64,000 bases of DNA from Paecilomyces variotii (Eukaryota), in NCBI GenBank assembly GCA_004022145.1, contig RCNU01000001.1. The stretch is one strand, 5' to 3'. Positions 15,109 to 26,770 of the stretch are shown piece by piece. Made by a program: the position numbers and the translations under genes. Below the pieces are notes generated by a model. The model was not told the DNA's origin. It ran no database searches and worked only from the letters and a program-made list of their open reading frames with translations. Position 1 is the first letter of the stretch, and every line of letters begins with the position of its first letter.

Positions 15109-15479
15109 TATAAAAAATTAAGGTAAGGAAGCTTTTTATTAGAGGTAATTAATTAGATTAGTCAAATAGAATATAAGATAAGAGATAGAGATATAGGCAA
15201 ATAGCTGTCTATATATAATAGAGTTAAAAGTGAGATTTAGTAGTAATCAGAATAAATTGCTAATTTGTCTAATTTCTATTTTTTTAGGGGTTATTTATCT
15301 ATCTGTTTATTCTATTAGGTTATTTAAATAACTTAGTCTTAACGGCTCTATCTATAACTAGCTAATCTAATTATTATATATAGATCTAGTTATCTTATTA
15401 TCTTTTATTATTTATCTTAGGTTATTTATCCTAGGTCTTAGTAGGTCTAGATTAGGTATTATAGCCCTAGTTCGTAATA
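15109..15479 (-). repeat. 5' LTR of element B (371 bp)
   Basis: Partner of 2117-2487; ends ttcgtaata (RIP form of a ...ACA terminus). Confidence 0.93.
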
Positions 15480-17320
15480 AGCCAGCGCTTACTATCTTAG
15501 CTATTATATTAAATTTAACTAACTATAAGAATTCTACAGTATATAATAAAGAAATTAACTCTATTAATAATCTTAATATTATCTAGCGCCGATTTACTAA
15601 TTTAATAAAAATATATATAATCTTATTTTAAGAGGAATTAAATACTCCTAAGTCCTATAAAGCTACTATAATATATATTAAAGCTCCCTAATAATAGGAA
15701 GCTATAAGGAAAAAAATTAACTTATTAGTAAAATAAAAATGCTAGTATTTAATTTATTAAAATAAGCTTTTTTTTAGGACCTATTCTATACCTAGTAGAT
15801 AAGTATATAAAAAGAAAAAGAGTCCTAATAGCTTAATTATTTATAAAGCTTACTAGATTATCTATAATAATATACTAGATAAGATTATATTTAATATAAT
15901 AACTTATACTCTAATAGTCTCTATTATAATTACTAATATATTAATAGCTTCTGCTACTTACTATAGCTAGGCTATTCTTTAAGCTAATATTATATAGGCC
16001 TTCTTAAATAGTAAATTAAAATATAATATCTATATATTTTAGCCTATTAGCTTTTATAAAGGTAAAGATAATATTCTAGTTTATAAACTGGACTAAGCTC
16101 TTTATAGATTAACCCCTTTTATAAAGATATAGTATAATACCTTAGTAAAGTATTTATTTAATATTGGGTTTAGGCTATTTCTATATAATCTCTGCCTTTA
16201 AATCTCTATTATTATAGAAAATATCTATATTACTATCTATATTAATAACTTCTCTATATATGCCTTTAAATAATTAATTATTTAGGGAGTTTATAATAGC
16301 ATCTCTAAGCAATTTAAAATAAAGAACTTAGGGCCTATTAAGCACTATCTAAGGATAGAAGTCTCTTATAGTAAAAAGAGTATATAGCTTACTTAAATAG
16401 GGTATATATATAAATTTATCTAATCTTTTAAATAGAAAGATTTTAGCCATATAAAATCTCTTATAGATTTTAAGTTTTAAATTAATAATAAGCCTAGTTC
16501 TATAATTAATACTAAAGAATATTAATAGGGTATTAGCTGTTACTAATAGCTAGCTATTAAGACTTGCCCTAATCTATTTAGAATTATAAGCTTATTAGCT
16601 AAGAGGAACTTTTATTTAACTCTAAAGAGTTATATAGCTTTAAAGTATATTATATATTATTTAGCTAAATATTCTAACTATAGCATTATATACTATAAAA
16701 GTAATAGGGATATTAGACTTTTATAAGCCTATTATAACTCTAACTATATTAGGGATTATAATAAATATTACTCTACCTTAAGATATATTTTTATACTTAT
16801 TAGTAAACTTATTTTATAAAAGATCTATAAGCAAACTTATATCTTAATTAGCTCTAATAAAGCAGAATATATAGCTGCTTCTAAAGCTGCTAGAGAAGCC
16901 TAGTAGATATATTATTTAATAATTAATATAGGTATTATAAAGGATATTAGTCTAATTATTTTAAATATTAATAATAATAGAGCCTAGAATCTAATCTGCG
17001 CTTCTGCTGGCATTAAATACTCTAAGTATATTAATATATAATTCTATTATATCTGTAATATACTTGCCTAAGGCATAATTAATTTAAAATATATTAATTC
17101 AGCAGATAATATCGCTAATAATTTTATAAAGGGACTAATAGTTTTAAAGTTCTGAATCTAGCTTAAGCAGCTTAGCTTAACTATAATTGCTTAACTATAT
17201 AATTAGACTATTTATTTTTTTACTTTTATACCCTGTCTGCTTTTTAGTTAGTCCTATTTATTTATATTTAGTTATTTAAATAATTGCTATATATTCCCTA
17301 GTGCTCAGTGCAAGGGTAGG

Positions 17321-17452
17321 TATTAAAGGCCCCCTCCGGCTGCCCCCTTTCGGCGCCCTGCTCCCTAGTGATCACGTAACCTAGGCGAGCCCATATAGGC
17401 TTCGCCTAGCTCCTAGATCCAATCAAGCAAGCTTTCTCCCGCTTCCTTCATA
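17321..17452 (+). repeat. Probable short 3' LTR of copia element A (right end uncertain)
   Basis: Begins directly after the PPT with tattaaagg (RIP of tgttgaagg), contains catatag and ends ccttcata, roughly inverted to the start. The partner LTR is not in the window. Confidence 0.55.
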
Positions 17453-18350
17453 AAACAGCTAAAGCAGGCTGGCGGCGAACTCCACGGGGATGCCAAAATC
17501 GAGCTAAATAGCCGGTCACTAGTAGATACAAGTTCAACTGCTGATCGGATCGGATTCCAACGCATGCTCCGCTAGAGATCCTCTGCTCGTGAGGATGCTG
17601 GGAAGAGGAGAGGCCGACGTGGGGGAACAACCAGAGAAACATCTCCCCGCATGCGTCCGGAAGGGGTGCATTCCACACATAATGGATACCAGCAGCTGTT
17701 TCTCGCAAGTATTAGGATTGGGAGAATAGAGAAACTACCAGTGAAAGTGCAACTTCCTATCACTATCACCGCTACAACTGTGAACTAACTAATTAATTAT
17801 CCAGCATGATATCGTCGATGTTGGCGTGGTGGCTTTTCTGCTTTTCTGCTTTCTGGGGTCATCGGGCATCGGCCGTCTCCGATAAGCGTCTGTTCGGTGG
17901 GGCTGGCTTGCCGTCTCCCTTGAGAATCAACAATTGCTAGTTACAACTACTGATATTCTGTCATGCTGTGCCAAGGGTTCTATCATTATTATTTCTAGAC
18001 AAGAGAGGGTCACTACAGAAGACGATTCTTTCCTCAGGTATACGTGCTCAGAGAGGGAAATGACGCTGGAGAATACTAACACATTGATATATTCTGGAAC
18101 CCATCGAAAATATATCTATACTATTTATTATATTACACAGAAAATGAAGTCCAACTAAACTGGAGAAAACCTCGCGAGACGTTGCGAAGTCTATGGCAAT
18201 GTTGAATCATAGTCAATGCGTAACGTTCGTCAGGATCCGCTGAAACGCAGCGAACAAGAGATGTTGAAATATTCAGATATGCAGTCATAAAGCTTGAACA
18301 ATGTCCGCCCTAGACAAGGGAGAAAACAACAGAAAGAGGGGGTATCATAA

Positions 18351-21300
18351 TTATTCGCTATCTTCGACAGGGCCGCAGGTGCAGAAGAGATTCTGGTCGC
18401 CAAATGCTGTACCGCAGTCAGCTTCATGCTAAACGTTTTGAAAAGGAATAAAAGAACTCACCATCATCCACACGGGTCACCGTGGGCCAGAACTTCTTCT
18501 CCAACAGCCATCGCTGAGGATAGGCGGCTTCCTCCCGCGAGTATGGACGGTTCCATTCGCTAGACAGCAGGTCTCGTTGCGTGTGAGGCGCATTCTTCAG
18601 AACGTTGCCCTCCCGTGGCTGTTCTCCGCGCTCCACAGCTGCGATCTCTTGGCGGATCGAGATGAGGGCATCGCAGAATCGATCCAATTCTGCCTTGTTC
18701 TCCGATTCCGTCGGTTCAATCATGAGGGTGTTGGCCACCGGCCACGACATGGTTGGCGCGTGGAAGCCATAGTCCTGCAGTCTCTTCGCGATGTCAATCG
18801 CTTCGATGCCAGAGGTCTCCTTGAATTTCCGGACGTCGAGGATAAACTCGTGTGCGCAACGGCCGTTCTCGTTGGTATAGAGGATAGGATAGTGCTCCTT
18901 GAGACGCGACAGGATATAGTTGGCGTTCAGAAGGGTGATCTTGGTGGCATGCGTCAAGCCCTTGGCGCCCATCATGTTGATATAGTTGAACGTGATCGGG
19001 AGAAGACTGGCACTACCCCATGGAGCGGCACTGACGGGTGGTGATGCGGTATCGCCTCGCTTTCCCTGAAGATACTCGCTGACCGGGTGGGAAGGGAGGT
19101 ATGGGCGCAGATGCTCAGCAACACCAATGGGTCCCACGCCAGGGCCACCACCGCCGTGAGGAATACAGAAGGTCTTGTGTAGGTTCAAGTGGCAGACATC
19201 TGCTCCAATCTCTCCAGGAGAGCAAAGTCCAATCTGTGCATTCATGTTGGCACCATCCATATAGACCTGACCGCCATATTCGTGCACGATCTTGCAGACC
19301 TCTTTGATGCCGGGCTCGAAGACACCGAAAGTGCTGGGATATGTGACCATAATCGCAGCCAGCTCATCCTTGTGCTTCTCACACTTGGCCTTCAGGTCCT
19401 CAATGTCAAGATTGCCCGTCTTGGTGTCACACTTGATGGTCACCACACGCATACCAGCCATGGCAGCACTGGCAGGGTTGGTTCCATGAGCCGACACGGG
19501 GATCAGGCACACGTTCCTAGTGCCACCTTGCGCGTCCTGGTACTTCTTGATCACTCGGAGACCGGTGAACTCTCCCTGAGCACCGGAGTTCGGCTGGACA
19601 GTGACTTCAGCCATGCCGGTGATGTCGGCCAGCTGCTGCTCCACTTCGTCGATGAATTGAGTGTAACCGGCGACTGCATCGGTGGGGGTGAAAGGGTGCA
19701 TCTGGGAGAATTCGGGCCACGAGATGGGAATCATCTCACTAGTAGCGTTGAGCTTCATCGTACAGGAACCAAGAGGAATCATGGAGTGGGCCAGTGAAAG
19801 GTCCTTTGACTCGAGGTGATGAATGTAACGAAGCATTTCCGTCTCCGAGTGATGCGTGTTGAACACCGGATGGGTCAAGTAAGATGATGTGCGCTCCAAC
19901 GCAGCAGGAACAGCGACCGGACCAAGCTCACCAGACAATTCGACGGCTGCCTTGGAGGAATGAGAAGCGAAGACATCCAAGATGGCCTTCAGCTCATTCT
20001 TGCCGACTGTCTCATCAAGAGAGATGCCAATCCTGGTAATATCCAGACGACGGAAGTAAAGGTTGGCTGATCTAGCTGCATTCATGATAGCATCGGCATC
20101 ATCAACGTTAGGCAGCTCAACGGTCAGCGTGTCGAAAAACGCTTTACCATCGGATACATTACTCTTGGTGGGGACATTGTATCCCAACCCCGTGAGCTTC
20201 TCCTGCAGCAGAGCTGTCAGGGCCATGATACGCTGGGCAATCGCCTTCAGTCCCTTCGGGCCATGGTAGACTGCATACATGGCACTCATGTTGGCGAGCA
20301 AGGCTTGCGCTGTGCAAATGTTGCTGGTTGCCTTTTCACGACGAATGTGCTGCTCTCTAGTCTGGAGCGCCAGTCTAAGAGCACGGTTTCCCAGTCTATC
20401 CTTTGAGACACCAACAAGGCGTCCAGGGATCTTACGCTTGTACTTATCCGCACAAGAGAAGAAAGCAGCATGAGGGCCTCCGAAGCCCATGGGAACACCC
20501 AGTCTCTGAGCGCTTCCAAATGCAATGTCAGCGCCAAACTCCCCAGGGGATTTCAACACTGTCAATGCCAGGAGGTCGGTGGCAACGCTGAAAGTACCTC
20601 CGAGCTCATGGATCGTCTTTCCCAGGCTCTCGAAGTCATAGATGCCTCCTTCAGTATCAGGATACTGGGCCAAGACACCGATAAGGCTGTCACCCTGGTC
20701 CTTGACCAGCTTAGCATCATCCGCCAGGATATCACCAATCTTGAGCTCGATCCCAAAGCCTTCGGCGCGAGACCGCATGACTGCAATGGTCTGTGGGTGG
20801 CAGAGATGGGACACCACAAAGACCTTACCCGGCTTCTTCTGTCTGGCTAGCGGAAGAACTGCGAGAGACATCGTCATCGCCTCCGCTGCTGCAGTCGCCT
20901 CGTCCAGAACGGATGCGTTGGCGACAGGCAGTCCTGTCAGGTCCGCGGTCAATGTCTGAAAGTTGAGCAGCGATTCCAGTCGACCCTGGCTGATTTCCGG
21001 CTGGTATGGAGTATAACTGGTGTACCAAGCAGGGTTTTCAAGTACATTCCTAAGAATGACGGGGGGCACAATCGTGTTATAGTAGCCACAGCCAATGTAG
21101 GGTTTTCCTGTCGTCGTGATCTGATCTCTGTATTTCTCCAGCAATTTCAGCATATCAGTTTCGCCCAGGCCACCATGGACATCATCTCTCTGTAACTCTG
21201 TGCCCACCCTGGGAGGCGTCACGACCATGTCCTTCTTGGACAAAATATCTGCCGGCAGCACCTGCTGGACAAACTCGTCTAGTGATGCTACCGGGGGATC

Positions 21301-21594
21301 CAGAGTGGCGAGCATCTGCTTCGCAGCATCTGGACTGGGTCCAATATGACGACGAGGGAAAGTATCAATGGGCTGGAAGAGATCACGAGCTTCTGGCTCA
21401 CCGTAGTCAGCCAGAGAGCTGGTGTAAACTGTGCGGGCAGAGGCATGGTGACGTCTCAATTGCAGGTAATTCCGGCCAGAGGCCACAGAAGATGCTGGTG
21501 ACCTATATAGAGCTCTTGTCGAAGCCACGCGTAGCTTCGACAACCGCGTTAACTGGTTGCTTGCTCCGCGAAGAGCATACAAGGACGGAGCCAT
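18351..21594 (-). CDS. GCV2: Glycine dehydrogenase (decarboxylating), glycine cleavage P-protein, mitochondrial
   Basis: 1056-aa ORF with an Arg/Ser-rich presequence, 'YTPYQPEISQGRLE', 'KATSNICTAQAL', 'LGSCTMKLN' and PLP motif 'HLNLHKTF'. A GT-AG intron at 18407-18461 adds the terminal exon AFGDQNLFCTCGPVEDSE*. Confidence 0.97.
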
Positions 21595-23324
21595 CTTGGA
21601 GAACTGTCAACTAGAGTGGGAGCTTCAATTGCTGCCAGACCGGACGGTTCAGCAACGCAAGAGCCACACCCTTGGAAAGATGGAAAGGTTTTATGATGCT
21701 GGGAAGCGAACAGTTACACGAGAAGAGAAGGGGAAAAAAAAAGAGACGCCCACGAAGAGCGGTGGGAATCATTCATTCCTTTGCATCCCGCCCTCGTTCC
21801 TGCTGCTCTCCGATCGCCCGCCCTTTGATGTATGGTTATGTAACGGAAGCGCGCCAGAAGTGGTATTCACGTGATAATGCCGCCGGGACCTGATGAGTAG
21901 ACCAATAAAGGTCTCGTTTCTCCGTATCTTAGCCCCGTGGCGACCCCGGAATACGGTACGGATACAGTACGAATCATTGATATCAGTTTCGCATGCCCGT
22001 TGATAACGATAAGCTTGCGGGCAATCGTCCACTTTCCCGCGGAAAACCTTTTCCCCTCCGTAACTCCCCATTGGGAAATGAGGGCTCAAGCCCAGATGAC
22101 ACGCGATTTATTTCTACCTTCTATAACTATGAAAGGCGCTTCGATAAGTGCGACCCTCTCCATTCGTAGCTTGAGATCTCAGGGCCGATTGTATGTAGTT
22201 CCTCCACCGCGAATTGATATCGATAAGTTGACCCCCGGGGCCCACAAGAGCTACGTCGATATTAATAGGTTGGTTTAGATTATCAGGCTAGTGCTGGCTA
22301 TAGATTTGAGTGTTGAAATATGGAATACTTCAGCCAAACCATCAATAACTATACGATCATTGATGACAATTTATTGTGTTTCCAGGTTTGATTAATCCTA
22401 TGCACGAAAATCATCATAAATGCTTCAATACCAGTTCGCGGTAACTGGGGAATACGTATGTCCCTATCCAGTGTCAAGAGAGGTCTACATGGGAAATGGA
22501 ACAGCTACCGCCACAGAAATGCTACGGGCAGGATAAAAGATGAGATTATCCTTCCTTATGCCACAGCTATGGAAGGCCCACGAGCGGAAATCCATCCCGC
22601 AATCTGAACTCTGGAACCATACTATGGATCTTATTTGCGAGACTCGTATATGAAGGAAGGAGCCATGGATGGAGATAAATTATTTCCGGTTCCAAAGTAG
22701 ACAGAGGCAACGAGATATACCAGTGAGATCTCTTAACCGCAGTATCGTCAAATACACTGAGGTCAATGTTCTATGGGCCTTCCGGGACTTTTCGCCTTTG
22801 TCCGTTTTCTGGCTTCTCTCTCTCAACCAAGTTGAAAAGGGTCATGGTTCATACCCGCGAATACAACGCCTTTAGCGGCTCCTGATACCTTCAATAATGA
22901 GAGTGACGTATACTTGAGAAACTTCGCTAAGCCGTCGTTGGCAAAACCATTTGCCTCAAGGATACACTTCCTACGTGAGTTTCTCGAGGTCCTCAACATG
23001 AATAGTAGTTGATCTGATTGTCTTCACTTGGTCCTCCTATCTGCAATAGGAATATCGTCGGATGATAGATAGAGCTCGACGTCTGTCCCTTACAGGGAAA
23101 GAGGGTCACAGTGTCGCAGTTCCTATGGTCGGATTTAGTATCTCTTGACGCAAGGTATGTTATATGCACGAAATTTATTATATACATTTTGCTTGATCCT
23201 AACCCAATCAGTGCATCTTTTCACTGTCAGCTGAATATTTCTGTGGCCTCAGCTCGCCCACGCCCGGTATAGACTGTACGACAATCAAGCATAAGGGAAC
23301 AAAGTGATTCATCTCTTTCTAAGT

Positions 23325-25769
23325 ATGTCTCAAGAGAGCTACAGCAGCTCGGAGTATTCCGACGATACGAAAACACCAGACCGTGAACTGGAAGAGAGAT
23401 GGCATGGTACACATACAGACGACATAGGATCCCCGAGGAGACAAAGGGTCAGGTTCAAATCTCTCGATGATAGGCCCCAGGACGAAGATACGCAGACTTT
23501 TATATCTCGTCTCAGAAATGAAGGCCAGCAGCAACAGAGACCGTCTACGCCAGATCCAAGTACGTCTAGAGATGTGACGGATATATCGCTCAATGATCGA
23601 GCAGCACCAGAAGACGATGGCAACAGACCCGATGGAACAGAGAAGCCAGATACAGAGAAACAAGACACAGAGAAGCCAGATGTGGGAAATCTAGGCGAGA
23701 AGCTAAAGCAGACTACAACAAATCCATTTAAGACTATACGCGAGAAAGGTCAGCGCCTTGCAGAACGGATGGGACACGGACCCGGACACGAAACGGGAGA
23801 CTCTCTCACTCCGGCTCATCCGGAGCAAAACTGGGCAGGCGGCGGCAATGTGCCTGTGTCGGATATGACAGACGATAAGCACAAGGGCGATGAAGACAGA
23901 CGCCGGGACCAAGCAACATCTACTGCGGAGGCTCATCGTCTTGTACGAGACTTATGTCAGAACCAGACGGGCGATAGGCGCAAGACTAGACCTACTGTTC
24001 GTGGTCAGGGCACACCAGCTGGCCTTCAGACCGATGCCGATTCTCAATATAGGTATCGTAAAGGTGGTGGTGGAGTCTTGTCGCAGCTTCTAAAGCTACA
24101 GAATGTGCAACAGGGACAAAGAGGTCGTTATGACAGTGACACAGATATCGAGGATCTCCAAACATCCAAACCGTCTTCGGGTACATCAACTCCAAAAAAA
24201 GAAAAGCTTAAGTGGTACAAGAAGCCTCCCAACCAGTCAACGTCCTCTCTGGCTGGATCGACGAATCTCAGTGGAGCTAGTACCCCGGTCCACTCTGGAG
24301 AAATAATGTCTCTTGCTTCCAAACGGCGCAGTAAGGGCGGAAGTATGAATGAAAACAAACTGCGTCTCGAGGATGAGATCCGGGTGACGATTCACATCGC
24401 TGAGATCATCGCCCGTCAGAGGTTCATAATGCAGCTATGCAAGGCGCTAATGATGTACGGCGCCCCTACACATCGACTGGAGGAATACATGTCGATGACT
24501 GCGAAAGTACTAGAAGTCGATGCCCAATTCCTATACTTCCCGGGTTGTATGGTCATATCCTTTGACGACCCGTCGACCCGTACAACAGAGGTCAAACTTC
24601 TCAGGGTAGCGCAGGGTGTGAACCTGGCACGTCTGGCCGATACTCATAGAGTATACAAAAACGTGATGCACGATATCATTGGCGTCGAGGAAGCAACTTC
24701 GGAACTAGAAGAAATCTTGAACCGAAAGCCTAGGTTTGGCAAGTGGGTTATGGTTTTGGTCTACGGGTTAGCCAGTATGACGATCGGGCCCTTCGCCTTC
24801 GAAGCAAGACCCATTGACCTTCCGATGATATTTGTCCTTGGTTGTCTTCTTGGTATCTTACAGCATGTAGTAGCGCCCAACTCCGCACTTTATTCCAATG
24901 TCTTCGAGGTCTTTGCGACAGTCTTGAACTCTTTCCTCGCCCGCGCGTTAGGAAGCATCCGCTGGGGCGTGGTGAACGGGAAGCAACAATATCTCTTTTG
25001 TTTCTCTACTCTGGTCCAATCTTCTATCGCTCTTATCCTTCCAGGTTTTATGGTTTTATGCAGCAGTCTCGAATTGCAGTCCCACCAAATGATTGCCGGA
25101 TCCATCCGTATGGTCTATGCTATCATCTATTCACTCTTCCTTGGATATGGGATCACCACCGGTACAACAATCTACGGCCTCATTGATGGTGGAGCCAGTT
25201 CCGACATTTCATGCCCGCCGTCTAGTATTAATAACCAATATCTTCAACGATTTCCCTTTGTTGCGATAACAATCTTCTGGATCGTCATCATCAACAAGGG
25301 AAAATGGAAACAGCTCCCGGTCATGTTCTTCATCGCAATGGCTGGCTATACGGTCAACTTTTGGAGCACCAAGCGTATCGGATCGAATGTGCAAGTCGCC
25401 CAGAGTTTAGGCGCATTTGCCATTGGCACTATGGGTAATCTATACAGCCGTCTCTGGCATGGACACGCTGCTACCGCCATTCTTCCAGCTATCTTCATCA
25501 TGGTCCCCTCCGGCCTAGCTTCTACTGGTTCCCTGATCACGGGAGTCCAGTCTGCAGATCAGATTCGAGGGAACGTCACCTCTCATGGAGGACAAAGTGG
25601 TCCCGAAAACGCGAATGGCAACATACAACAGGCCCAAGGTAATAATGCAGCTTCGAATATCGGATCCGGTATGATTCAAGTCGCCATCGGTATCACAGTT
25701 GGTTTGTTCTTGGCAGCACTGGTCGTGTATCCTTATGGAAAGAGACGAAGTGGACTGTTCAGTTTCTAA
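23325..25769 (+). CDS. PRM10: Prm10-like / DUF1212 ThrE-family multi-pass membrane protein
   Basis: Long low-complexity N-terminus, then 'ALMMYGAPTHRLEEYM', 'SSIALILPG', 'GSIRMVYAIIYSLFLGYGIT' and about 10 hydrophobic segments, ending GKRRSGLFSF. First ATG at 23325. Confidence 0.9.
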   Translation: MSQESYSSSEYSDDTKTPDRELEERWHGTHTDDIGSPRRQRVRFKSLDDRPQDEDTQTFISRLRNEGQQQQRPSTPDPSTSRDVTDISLNDRAAPEDDGNRPDGTEKPDTEKQDTEKPDVGNLGEKLKQTTTNPFKTIREKGQRLAERMGHGPGHETGDSLTPAHPEQNWAGGGNVPVSDMTDDKHKGDEDRRRDQATSTAEAHRLVRDLCQNQTGDRRKTRPTVRGQGTPAGLQTDADSQYRYRKGGGGVLSQLLKLQNVQQGQRGRYDSDTDIEDLQTSKPSSGTSTPKKEKLKWYKKPPNQSTSSLAGSTNLSGASTPVHSGEIMSLASKRRSKGGSMNENKLRLEDEIRVTIHIAEIIARQRFIMQLCKALMMYGAPTHRLEEYMSMTAKVLEVDAQFLYFPGCMVISFDDPSTRTTEVKLLRVAQGVNLARLADTHRVYKNVMHDIIGVEEATSELEEILNRKPRFGKWVMVLVYGLASMTIGPFAFEARPIDLPMIFVLGCLLGILQHVVAPNSALYSNVFEVFATVLNSFLARALGSIRWGVVNGKQQYLFCFSTLVQSSIALILPGFMVLCSSLELQSHQMIAGSIRMVYAIIYSLFLGYGITTGTTIYGLIDGGASSDISCPPSSINNQYLQRFPFVAITIFWIVIINKGKWKQLPVMFFIAMAGYTVNFWSTKRIGSNVQVAQSLGAFAIGTMGNLYSRLWHGHAATAILPAIFIMVPSGLASTGSLITGVQSADQIRGNVTSHGGQSGPENANGNIQQAQGNNAASNIGSGMIQVAIGITVGLFLAALVVYPYGKRRSGLFSF

Positions 25770-26770
25770 AAGCTCCATATATCCTGAGATGCAGTCAACA
25801 ACCAAATTCATGTCCGTGGTGGATATTGCGATTATCATATGAGCGGGTATAAGGTTTGTGGGGATGAATCGAGATATCTATCTGGACAGCCTAGACTGGA
25901 TTTAGTATGTATAGCTAGCGAAGTGTGTTAAGTCTTCTAGGGAGTTTATGACTATTCTCAATTCACTTAATATGATCGTTCAACCTTTGTCTGACATAGG
26001 GAACAGGAAAGAAATCATCATACATACTAAGACTGCTAATAATTAGTGGAGATGATAACTGCTATATTGAAAATAACAGTCTACTGTTCTTCTCTAAAGA
26101 CAAGCGGTACACATTGCATCCAGTCTTTTACTCTTCAAGCCTTGGCACCTATCACATCAGTAACCGTCTGCCCGTTCCGGTATTCCATTCACATGGTATT
26201 TTCCAGAATTTGATCTTCAGGCCGCATCCCTCCCATCCTTCAAACTCTTCTCAATAACGTTTTCCACAAATCCCGATATTCGACCTGGGTTCCGGTAACG
26301 GTCTTCCAACCGCTCCGTGACCAGCGTCGATCCCGTTGTGTTGCACCATTCACGACGCACTCCGAAGTCCGTAGCGACTACAGGGCTTCTGAACCATTCG
26401 TCTGACCAGGCTCGGAATCGCAGTTCAGCAACGTTGCTTATATGCAGGTGAAGTTCGCCTGTAGGACCCTTGCCATCGAGGGGAAGTGTTGCAGTAAATT
26501 CCCCTAAAGAGTTAAACTTTGTTACGAAATGCCCCATTACTCTGTAGGGGGTCTAAGTTTACTGATTTTATTCGGTACTTTGTCGGAATCTGGAAAAAAA
26601 TTGGGTGATTAGATTGGCTTTGGTACATTATTCATATCATTCCTAAGATACACAGTCCTGCAAGACTAGTCGTAAAATCCAAACCAATATACATGATAAC
26701 TGTATATAGTATAGTATGTAGAATTTATATTGTAACTGGTTCATCTTACCTTCCCATCGTCGGTGGCCAT

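Larger units (their letters stand above)
2117..15479 (-). mobile_element. Ty3/gypsy chromovirus relic (element B), full length, RIP-mutated, carrying nested element C
   Basis: Two 371-bp direct repeats (2117-2487, 15109-15479). Flanks AGCTG (2112-2116) and AGCCA (15480-15484) both derive from AGCCG by single transitions. The PPT (revcomp taggggaagatac) abuts the left LTR, which sets the minus strand. Minus-strand protease 'LLDSGA..NFI' at ~7830-7860, RT 'YLDDI' at ~6833-6847, RNase H 'DASGFA.AAIL' at ~6345-6395, chromodomain 'WEIE.IL...FLVKWKGY...NSW' at ~4460-4570. Confidence 0.93.
1..17452 (+). mobile_element. Ty1/copia LTR retrotransposon relic (element A), RIP-mutated; 5' end outside window; split by nested element B (A = 1-2116 + 15480-17452)
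   Basis: Reading A as G and T as C restores copia motifs in integrase-before-RT order. Integrase 'YT.QQNG.SER' lies at ~1620-1660. RT motifs 'PKSY.AA..W..AM.EE', 'GRWVY.KK', 'YKARW', 'D...AFLNG', 'ALYGL' and 'IYVDD' lie at 15640-16250. RNase H motifs 'YCDSDYAGD', 'SS.EAEY.AA', 'SKHID.RFHY' and 'ADN.AD.FTK' lie at 16725-17135. A purine tract aagggtagg (17312-17320) precedes the 3' LTR. Confidence 0.9.

Noticed and set aside
1-17300. Mitochondrial insertion (NUMT) or contaminant as explanation for the AT richness
   Set aside because: LTR pairs, TSDs and pol motifs with TpA excess explain it as RIPed retroelements.
18577-21874. Many plus-strand ORFs overlapping GCV2 (and similar shadows over other genes)
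   Set aside because: Antisense shadows produced by codon bias of the real genes.
26217-26537. 106-aa minus-strand ORF preceded by a possible splice acceptor
   Set aside because: Protein-like, but no recognisable motif and little room for upstream exons; could be a relic, unsupported without a search.
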